Positions 55,682-64,000 of a stretch of 64,000 nt of DNA are shown piece after piece. This DNA is from Histomonas meleagridis 2922-C6/04-290x (Eukaryota > Protista > Parabasalia), in the NCBI GenBank assembly GCA_020184695.1, contig JAANOX010000271.1, forward strand, positions 310,001 to 374,000, read 5' to 3'. Under the pieces are notes generated by a model, which did not search any database, had not been told where the DNA came from, and saw nothing but the letters and a program-made list of their open reading frames with translations. Position 1 is the stretch's first letter, and each line of letters starts with the position of its first letter. A program made the translations under genes and the position numbers.

Positions 55682-55774
55682 AATTACTATGTAAACTATA
55701 CAAACCATGATTTTGATTGAATTTTTGCTTTTGTTAACTTTACTTTTGAGGTTCCAACGTTAAAAGCCGTTGAG

Positions 55775-56695
55775 ATGGGAGGTTATATCGAAATGGATGA
55801 TTTAATTCGTCGCTATTTTATTGGAACACAATATCATCCAAACAGTTACCAACAAATTGTGATATTAGTGAATGATCTAAAAGCACGTTTCCCGAGTATG
55901 AAAGATTGTAAAACAAAAAATGCTAATAAAATATCAAATATTATTGTATCTGGAGAAATTCCATTGACTTACTTGACTTCTGATATTCATTATCTTTGTC
56001 CTGTTATGTTTTATTTACCAGATAAATTTCCTTCTTGTCCTCCTGTTTTACAAGTATTAGCAAAACCAATTCGGTGCTCAAAGCATCTCAACACAAAAGG
56101 TACTCTTGACTTCAATGGTCTTTATACATGGAATCAAAACACATCAACTTTAATAGAAATTCTTGATGTTGCAATTCGTTATCTTTCTAATTTCCCACCA
56201 ATTAATCCCGACAAGCTTGCAGAAATGCCCAAGTGCGACCCATCAAATCCACAGCCATATAATCGTCCAGAGCCAGTTAATCCTTCACCACAACAAAACA
56301 ATGCAAACTACTTACGCGCCCTTACACAACAATCTGCTCAAGAGATTGCGATGGTAAACTCACAAATCGTTAATTCCTTCAAAAATGTAATTGATTATAA
56401 TTTATATCTCACCGCTGACATGACTGCAGAAAATGTCAAAGTTGAAGCGTCTACTCTTATATCCAATCTCACTACACAAATTGAGCAGGGAGATATCCCA
56501 AGTTATGAGGTCCCACATTGGACGATGCAAATTGCAAATTTGAAGGCCGAACATCAAACATTCAAAGATGTGATCGAAACATTACGAGGACTATATAGGA
56601 AAAACAAGATAACGCTACAGGAGTTCATATCAAAGACACGAGAAATTTCTCGAAAGCACTTTAAAGAAGTAATTTACCCAGAAATTGCGCTATAA
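55775..56695 (+). CDS. TSG101: ESCRT-I subunit TSG101/Vps23
   Basis: UEV domain (SGEIP..Y, CPVMFYLPDKFPSCPP), Pro-rich linker, coiled coil, C-terminal steadiness box (ITLQEFISKTREISRKHF). Confidence 0.85.
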   Translation: MGGYIEMDDLIRRYFIGTQYHPNSYQQIVILVNDLKARFPSMKDCKTKNANKISNIIVSGEIPLTYLTSDIHYLCPVMFYLPDKFPSCPPVLQVLAKPIRCSKHLNTKGTLDFNGLYTWNQNTSTLIEILDVAIRYLSNFPPINPDKLAEMPKCDPSNPQPYNRPEPVNPSPQQNNANYLRALTQQSAQEIAMVNSQIVNSFKNVIDYNLYLTADMTAENVKVEASTLISNLTTQIEQGDIPSYEVPHWTMQIANLKAEHQTFKDVIETLRGLYRKNKITLQEFISKTREISRKHFKEVIYPEIAL

Positions 56696-58697
56696 AACAA
56701 TTCTTTATAATTGATTTTTGTCGTTTTATTAATGAGAAAATTCGTTTCGTATCCTTCAAAATTTGTGTTATGGATAATGAAGGAATTGCATTATTGAGAA
56801 TGAAACATGAATAAGAAATATTTATTACATAGTAAGGAAATGCTTAACATTTTTACTTTAGAATTATTTAAAGATCTGATTTTGACGATTTTTATTAAAC
56901 ATCCCATATTGCTTTGAGTTCAATGAAAATTGTAGATTGTTATGAACATGGGTTCACACATTTTGCGTGTCAGGATATACTGAGCTTAAAATTGTACTGA
57001 GAAAAAAATAAAAAAAATAGATAAATAAATTTTGAAAATAAGTACAATAATTAATTACATGAATGGATCATAAGATTTCATTTAATGCAATTAAATTGAA
57101 AATACTTTTATAGTATTAAAATAAAAACTTGTCTATAAAAAAAAATTAAAACCACATTTCAAGCAGGAATTTAAACTCTATGAATATTCCCAGTTGATAG
57201 TAAAATCATTGATATGATCAAACAATAGATTAATAAATTTCTTCTCATAAATAAGCAAATACAAAAATATCTAAAAACACTTAAAATGGACAAACCCTTC
57301 TCCCGCTTCGTCATATTCATTGCGTGTTATAAGCATTTGTTGGAATGTCGGAAGTGAAGTGAATCTCGGTGAATTTTAGGGTTCACACTTGCTTAAAATT
57401 AACAAAGAATAAAATAATCTATGTTCAAGAAATAACTATGAGTTGTTTTTAAATTATGAAATAATTGTGATTACTTTGATATAAGTAAAATTTCAAAAAT
57501 CTGACTCGACAACATCTTTAAGGTTAAATAAGCTTTCAAAATGATCCTAAAGTTTATGATTTTGAAAAATATATCACATTCATTTCTTGAATTAATTTGA
57601 TAGCTTTTATCTGAAATTAAATGGTTTACACGGTGTCAGGGTGGCTAAAATTAGATAACTTCTGTCACTTTTGATTCAATTTTGCTCAAAAATTTGTGGG
57701 GAAGAGATCCTTTAGTCACAGGATTAATTCCTATCCGGCAGAAAAACCCTTATCCCTATTTCTTGGAAAGTAAAACATAAAAAATCACCAAGATTCACAA
57801 AGTTTAATAAAAATATCAACCAAAATTGCATTGCTTGACTATTTGAGTTTATTTATATTGCATTTTTTTGGACTATATGAGTAATCTTAAGATCATAATC
57901 AATTTATCATTTTACAAATTTGTTAAATGATCACTAAGTTAATCTCACTGTGAAGTAGTAGTATGTGTGTGTTGTTATGAGCTTATTCTGCCTCTTTTTC
58001 TTACATCACGAGGTTTGGCCTTTGGAAAGCATCTGACTCTACTTTCTAAGTGTATAAAATTAAAATATCTTAATCGCTTATTTAATTCTGTTCCATTTTA
58101 TAGAAAATTGGTTTGACTATTTTGTTATTAATATATTTCCAGAATGATAGTCTTATGTTATTTTTTTCCAAAAATAATCAAACTTTCTGAAAACGTATAT
58201 TTTATGATCATAGTCCAAGATATTTACCAAAAAACATCAACTTTATAAAATATTGCAATATTATGTAAAATTATAAGAAAGGGATATCCGAAGCGGTTTT
58301 ATCAGAACGGTTCCTCTTCTAATTGTCTTATAAATTTATAAAGCAAATTTTCAAATATTATATTCATTATTAAATAACATATCACATGTTCATATGGTCT
58401 GTTTTATTTATCCTTTTTATTTTAAAGTATTTAACTATACAATTTCTTTGATAATGATTTTGAAATTAAAATCTAAAGCTAAACATATCCATTATATGCG
58501 CAATGATTATATATTCACAAAATGGTTAATTAACTGTTATAAATGTAAGAAATGACAGATAAATCAAAACTTTGTAAAAGTTTCACTAAACCAATAAAAT
58601 GTCACTTCTTACATTCTTATAAATAAAGGGTATTTTACTGATTTTTATATTTATAAATTATTTATCCAACTAAAGTAATTTGTACAAAATAAGTACT

Positions 58698-61142
58698 TTA
58701 ATTGTATTTCTGACGTTTCTTTCCTCCCTTTTGTTGTTGCTTGTTCTTATCTTCCACTGGTTTAATATGTGTGCGCCTTAATTCCACTGGAAGCTTATGT
58801 ACATCCTTCGAGTCATCATATGGTCCTCCGGTGACCACGGCCCATGGCGATGATTGCTTCTGCTCTTCGACACTATTTGTTGCTGCTTCTTCTTCAGTTG
58901 CAACTTGTTCTTCTTCGGCAACAACTGTTTCTGTCACTGCTGGTGTTTGTGGTGCAACTTCTTTCTTTTGTTGCTGCTGTTGCTGTTTCTTGTTCTTCTT
59001 TTGTTTCTTGTCTTCTTCAATTGGCTTTGCATGTGTGCGACGTAATTCAACTGGAAGTTTGTGTACGTCTTTGGAATCGTCGTATGGTTCGCCGGTGATG
59101 ACTGCCCATGGTGTGACTGTTGGCTGCTGGCTTTCAACATTTGGCTGTGGCTCTTCAACAACTTCTTCGGCTTGAATTTGTTCTTTTTCTTCATTAGCAA
59201 CTACTGATTCTTTAACTGGTGTTTCTTTCTTTTGTTGCTTTTGTTGCTTAGCATTTTGCTGCTTCTTCTTGTTCTTCTTTTGTTTCTTGTCTTCTTCAAT
59301 TGGCTTTACATGTGTGCGACGTAATTCAACTGGAAGTTTATGTACGTCTTTGGAATCGTCATATGGTTCGCCAGTGATGACAACCCATGGTGTTGCTACT
59401 GGTTGTTGTTCATTTTCAACTGTTTGATGAGGTTCTTCAACAACTTCTTCAGCTTTGACTGGTGCCTTTTCCTCTTCAACAGTAACAATTTCCTTAGCAG
59501 GTGCTTCTTTCTTTTGTTGTTTATGTTGCTTTGGCTTTTTGTTTGGCTTTTGTTGTTTTGGTTGCTTTTGTTGCTTTGGCTGTTGTTGTTGTTGTTGTGG
59601 CTTCTTATTCTTTTGCTTCTTGTCTTCTTCAATCGGCTTTACATGTGTGCGACGTAATTCAACTGGAAGTTTATGTACATCTTTGGAATCATCGTATGGT
59701 TCTCCATTGATTACTGCCCATGGTGTTGTTGCAACATGTTTTTGTTCATTTTCAATTGTTGGCTGAGGTACTTCAACAACTTCTTCAGCATGAACCGGTG
59801 CTTTTTCTTCTTCTTTAACAACAACTGGTTCTTTAACTGGCGCTGGCTTTGCCTCCTTCTTTGGCTGCTTCTTCACGTCCTCTGGTTGCATTTGAAGAAG
59901 TGATTCTGTTATTTGTGTCCATGGTGTGTTGGGTTTCTTTGGTTCTTCTTTGTGTGGTGGAGAAGTCTTCTTTTGTTTGTTTTGTTGTGCCTTCTTAGTT
60001 TGTTTTGGCTTTGTTTGATTCTTTGGTGCTTGTTTTTGATTTTCATTCTGTTTGTTTTGTTGCTTCTGTTGTGGCTGTTGTTGCTGTTGATTATTTGTTC
60101 GCTTTTCTTTTTCTTCAGTTGGCTTAAGATGTGTACGACGGAGTTCAACAGGAATTCTGTGGACAAATTTGGAGTCATCGTATGGCTCTTCTGATATAAC
60201 TGCCCATGGCTTTTGCTGTGGAACAGATTGTGGTTGGGATACTGTTTCAACAGGTTCAGTAACTTCTTCCTTTGGAGCTTCTGGTGCTGGTGATTGCTTC
60301 GTTTGTTGTTTTGGCTGTTTTGGTTGCTTAGGTTGCTTTTGCTGATTATTATTTTGCTTCTTATTCTTGTTTTTGTCCATTTCTTCAATTTGTTTGATAT
60401 GAGTACGACGAAGTTCAGGTGGAAGTTTGTGTACATCTTTGGAATCATCATATACATCTTCTTCTGATATGTTGGCCCATACTGAATTAGGTTTAACTGG
60501 TTGGGTTGGTTGCGTTGGTTGAACTTGTTGTGATTGTTGGGTTTGTGTTGTTCGTGGTTTACGTTGTTTGGGTGGTGATTTCTTGGGCTTAGAATCTTTT
60601 TGTGGTTGTGGTTTTGTCTTTTGTTCTTCTGTGGTTTGAGTGGCTTTGGGATTGTTGTGTGTACGACGTAATTCTGGAGGAGTTCTTCGAACTGCATGTG
60701 TATCATCATAAGGTGTAGATTGATTATTTAAGAGTGCTTGAATTGCTGTCCAATTTGAATTCTTCTCTGCAGTAGATTTGGATACTGTTGAACTAGGATT
60801 GGCTTCAGGCTTTGGTGTTTGTTTTATTATTTTTGGTTGTTGATGATTTTGATTTTGTTGAAGTTCTTGTGAGTTAAAGTTGTTTGTGAAATCAGACCAT
60901 GGAGTTTGTACAGTTTGTGGTTGTGGTTCTGTCTTCTGTTGGTTAATTTTATTGTTCGCTTGATTTACTCTTGGATGTGGAGTTGGCTTTCTAATAGGTT
61001 TCTTAGTTTGCTCTATATGTTCATTTTCGGTAAGCTTAACATCGCTCCATGTTGGTGCCTTTTTGGCTTGCATTGTCGAGAGTGGCCTCCACCATTCAAT
61101 TATTTCGGTTTGTCGGTTTGGCCAGACAGCATAAAATGTCAT
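58698..61142 (-). CDS. Low-complexity K/Q/E/P-rich protein with seven YDD..VH.LP.ELRRTH repeats
   Basis: 814-aa ATG ORF; repeats counted in the translation. Confidence 0.85.
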   Translation of the reverse strand: MTFYAVWPNRQTEIIEWWRPLSTMQAKKAPTWSDVKLTENEHIEQTKKPIRKPTPHPRVNQANNKINQQKTEPQPQTVQTPWSDFTNNFNSQELQQNQNHQQPKIIKQTPKPEANPSSTVSKSTAEKNSNWTAIQALLNNQSTPYDDTHAVRRTPPELRRTHNNPKATQTTEEQKTKPQPQKDSKPKKSPPKQRKPRTTQTQQSQQVQPTQPTQPVKPNSVWANISEEDVYDDSKDVHKLPPELRRTHIKQIEEMDKNKNKKQNNNQQKQPKQPKQPKQQTKQSPAPEAPKEEVTEPVETVSQPQSVPQQKPWAVISEEPYDDSKFVHRIPVELRRTHLKPTEEKEKRTNNQQQQQPQQKQQNKQNENQKQAPKNQTKPKQTKKAQQNKQKKTSPPHKEEPKKPNTPWTQITESLLQMQPEDVKKQPKKEAKPAPVKEPVVVKEEEKAPVHAEEVVEVPQPTIENEQKHVATTPWAVINGEPYDDSKDVHKLPVELRRTHVKPIEEDKKQKNKKPQQQQQQPKQQKQPKQQKPNKKPKQHKQQKKEAPAKEIVTVEEEKAPVKAEEVVEEPHQTVENEQQPVATPWVVITGEPYDDSKDVHKLPVELRRTHVKPIEEDKKQKKNKKKQQNAKQQKQQKKETPVKESVVANEEKEQIQAEEVVEEPQPNVESQQPTVTPWAVITGEPYDDSKDVHKLPVELRRTHAKPIEEDKKQKKNKKQQQQQQKKEVAPQTPAVTETVVAEEEQVATEEEAATNSVEEQKQSSPWAVVTGGPYDDSKDVHKLPVELRRTHIKPVEDKNKQQQKGGKKRQKYN

Positions 61143-61274
61143 TTTAGTTCATAATAATTTAAATGGAAATTTTGGTTAAAATGTACAATATTTTTGGTTG
61201 ACAATTTTTATTGAGAGGAAAAAATTGGCATTTAATATTTGCTAAGAATCATTGTGTACGTTTATTTTTACCAA

Positions 61275-62330
61275 ATGTGGAAACAAATTTTTCGTCTTCA
61301 AAAGCATTTTAAACCAATTACAGCAGTTTCAATAAGATGCGATGAAAAGGTTTTTGTTACTGCATCAAAAGATGAATCCGTTGGTGTATATTATTTTGAT
61401 TCAAAAGATTTCAAGTATTTAAGAGCACATTCAAGTTCTGTTACCGACGTTGCTTTTTCATCAAACGGGGATGTTTTTGCAAGTACAGATTATGAAGGAT
61501 CAATAATTTTATGGAGTTCTAATAATCTCGAAAAAAAGACAAAAATTACACAAAACAATAAATCACCAATTACAGGCATTTCTTGGTCGGAAAGTTATGA
61601 AAATTTTGTTGTTGGATTCCAACAGTCAGCAATAATTTGGTCTATAAATAATCTTGAGCCATATTTTACAATTTCAAATCTACAAGGAAACGTCCGTTCA
61701 TTACAATGGCATGACAATTTGATCGCAATTGCAGGTGACTTTTCGAATATTTTAATTTTCGATTATCGTTCAGGAACAATTGTCCAATCTTTTCAAGGAA
61801 AAAAATTTAATTGTGTTTCTTTCAACAACGATGGGACATTTCTTGCTGGTAGTGAGTATGATAAAATTAAAATTTGGGATCTTCGAAATTGCTCAAATCT
61901 TAACACGTTATATGAGCATTCTGATTTGATTACTAAAATAGGATTCAACCCAAAAACTAATGATATTTTAAGCATTAGTAAGAATGGTACTAGTCGAATC
62001 TGGAATGTTTTTTCAGAAGAACCAATGCGTTCATTTCACCATAAGAAGGCAGTTAATGGATTTTGTTGGTATCCGAAGTCATATGGATTCATTACTGTTG
62101 GCGATGAGAAGAAAATTCGAGGCTATAAATACAAGTTTCCAGATGAAATAGATTTTGGTGGCGAGGAATTTATGAGCAGTATTTATCAGATGCAAAGGAC
62201 TCTTGGAAACATAACAAAAACAATGAAATCATTGGATGAGAGATTAATCCTGCAAGAAGAAAGAGTGATGCGTCTTAAAGATACGAATTTGCGAATTACA
62301 AAAGCGTACAAGAAATCATTAGAAAAGTAA
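61275..62330 (+). CDS. POC1: WD40 protein with C-terminal coiled coil, POC1-like
   Basis: About 7 WD repeats followed by TLGNITKTMKSLDERLILQEERV, resembling the POC1 coiled coil; first ATG at 61275. Confidence 0.72.
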   Translation: MWKQIFRLQKHFKPITAVSIRCDEKVFVTASKDESVGVYYFDSKDFKYLRAHSSSVTDVAFSSNGDVFASTDYEGSIILWSSNNLEKKTKITQNNKSPITGISWSESYENFVVGFQQSAIIWSINNLEPYFTISNLQGNVRSLQWHDNLIAIAGDFSNILIFDYRSGTIVQSFQGKKFNCVSFNNDGTFLAGSEYDKIKIWDLRNCSNLNTLYEHSDLITKIGFNPKTNDILSISKNGTSRIWNVFSEEPMRSFHHKKAVNGFCWYPKSYGFITVGDEKKIRGYKYKFPDEIDFGGEEFMSSIYQMQRTLGNITKTMKSLDERLILQEERVMRLKDTNLRITKAYKKSLEK

Positions 62331-62663
62331 TAAACTGTTTTTAAATTAAAAGTTTTCTTTTAATTTGTAAAATTTATTAATGATTTAATCTTCAACATGA
62401 TTTTTCTTTGAAAATTATTATCAAATTTCTTATGTATGAATTTTTTTTCAATCAAGAATAGCTTTTTAATAGATCGTCCAAAAAAAAACATATCTATATC
62501 GAAAGAGCCATTAAAATAACTCAGATAAAAAGTTAAGGTGGGTTTTATGAAGATTTGCTTATTCTAAAAAATTAAAATTGATCCAACCATGCTTTGACAA
62601 TTTTTAAGATGAAAGATATAACTTTTTATATATTCTGAATTTTTTTTGTAACAAAGCAGAAAA

Positions 62664-63833
62664 ATGATAAACCAGAATCAGGATGAATGGGAAACATTTT
62701 TATCAATCAGACAAATAATTTTTAATTTAAACTCAAAAAATCTTGTTCAATCAATTAATTCCATAGCTAATAAATTTGACAATATTTATCCATTATCTTT
62801 TAATACAGTTATCATTCAAATGATATATATCAAACTTGTTACGAACATTAATGATATTGATATATACTTAGAATTTCTTAAAGGAATTGAAGCATTTGAA
62901 GAAAACCATAAAATCGAATCAAAAATCCTTCGAATGTTTTCACGTTTTCTTGATAAAAAGTCCTCATACGAATCATTTTATATCATGAATAAGATGAATG
63001 AACAAAATATTCTTGATTCAAAATATATTAAAAATTTGATCAAACCTAAAAATCCTTATTATTATGATTCTTTTTATGTAAAAATTGTAGAAAATGATTT
63101 TGAGCTTCATAAAAAATATGTTAAAGAAGGACATAATCCAAATAAAATTGCACAAATTATTCGAAATGATGAAATAGAAAAACTTCAAGAAATATTATCA
63201 CAAAATGGTTTTGATATCAATCAGACTATCAAACCATCACTTTATGAAAGATGTTCATTTATTAACCATTCGAATGTCTCGTTAATTGATTATGCAGCAT
63301 TTTTTTCAGCAGTTAAATGTTTTAGATATTTACTTATGAATAATGCTAATATAAAAAACACAGGAAAATATGCAATTGCAGGTGGAAATTTAGAGATAAT
63401 TCATTTATGTGAACAAAATCATTTATCATTTGAAGAAGCATCTGAAACTGCAATTCAATTTCATAAAAATGATATCTTTTATTATCTTTATGAAAACAAT
63501 ATCAAAGAAATTAAAACATTAGAAAAATTAGGAAGTAAATGTGTTTTATATTATAACTATGAAATTTTAACATTTTTAAAAGAGAAGGGAATGCAGATTA
63601 ATGATGAAATCATTAATTCATCAGCACAACTTGGAAATTTATATCTTACGAAACATTTCCTTCAAAACAAACAAATCCCAAAAAATATATTATATTACTC
63701 ATTCGATTCTAAAAACATTGAATTTTTTAAATATATTTTGAAACAAGAAGGAATTGATATTAATGCTGAAACTATTTATTTGAAATATATGAAATTTATT
63801 TTAATAATTTGGTTTGAATATAATTTATTTTGA
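62664..63833 (+). CDS. DUF3447-type ankyrin-repeat protein; the ORF runs into a spacer and stops
   Basis: GHNPNKIAQIIRNDEI, IKPSLYERCSFIN, SLIDYAAFFSAVKCFRYLL, QEGIDINA. Confidence 0.88.
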   Translation: MINQNQDEWETFLSIRQIIFNLNSKNLVQSINSIANKFDNIYPLSFNTVIIQMIYIKLVTNINDIDIYLEFLKGIEAFEENHKIESKILRMFSRFLDKKSSYESFYIMNKMNEQNILDSKYIKNLIKPKNPYYYDSFYVKIVENDFELHKKYVKEGHNPNKIAQIIRNDEIEKLQEILSQNGFDINQTIKPSLYERCSFINHSNVSLIDYAAFFSAVKCFRYLLMNNANIKNTGKYAIAGGNLEIIHLCEQNHLSFEEASETAIQFHKNDIFYYLYENNIKEIKTLEKLGSKCVLYYNYEILTFLKEKGMQINDEIINSSAQLGNLYLTKHFLQNKQIPKNILYYSFDSKNIEFFKYILKQEGIDINAETIYLKYMKFILIIWFEYNLF

Positions 63834-63879
63834 TGTTTTGATGTTTTAAAATAATATTTGGAAATTATTAAAATTATTT

Positions 63880-63972
63880 AAAACAGCACTTATGAAAGCT
63901 TCTATAAATGGTGATACAAAAATAGTCAAATTACTTCTTGAACAAGAAGGAATTGATATTAATCATAAAAAT
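63880..63972 (+). other. Out-of-frame ankyrin module between two spacers
   Basis: KTALMKASINGDTKIVKLLLEQEGIDINHKN (31 codons); the next spacer starts at 63973 and is cut by the window edge. Confidence 0.85.
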
Positions 63973-64000
63973 ATTTATTTGTTTTATTTAATATTGATTT

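Overview
AT-rich, gene-dense eukaryotic DNA, almost certainly from a parabasalid (trichomonad-like) protist. The basis is apparently intronless genes, TCA(C/T)T Inr elements just before ATGs, TAAA stop/poly(A) signals and DUF3447-type ankyrin genes. About 25 coding regions are present: aldo-keto reductase, S8 subtilase, CAMK-group kinase, MBOAT, GT-C-like membrane protein, bromodomain protein, DnaJ, divergent Spt5-like protein, GH13 amylase, MBL hydrolase, ribosomal P2, HEATR5-like, truncated Hsp70, UBR-box E3 (disrupted), TRRAP-like PIKK (split), TSG101/Vps23, a repeat protein and POC1-like WD40. There is also one tRNA-Ala(UGC) and several pseudogenes. The most striking unexplained structure occurs at four dispersed DUF3447/ankyrin loci. 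There, single 93-nt ankyrin modules are separated at the same position by AT-rich spacers, mostly 77-80 nt and mostly frame-breaking. The spacers lack GT-AG ends, have a 20-nt sub-periodicity and carry a TGG exactly 21 nt before the next module. Other oddities are a tandem array built from the joined 3' ends of two convergent genes, a 505-bp inverted duplication inside the UBR gene, a 127-bp duplicated gene end bracketing the tRNA, and several genes with lost starts, in-frame stops or single frameshifts. All protein calls come from motif recognition by eye; no database search was run.
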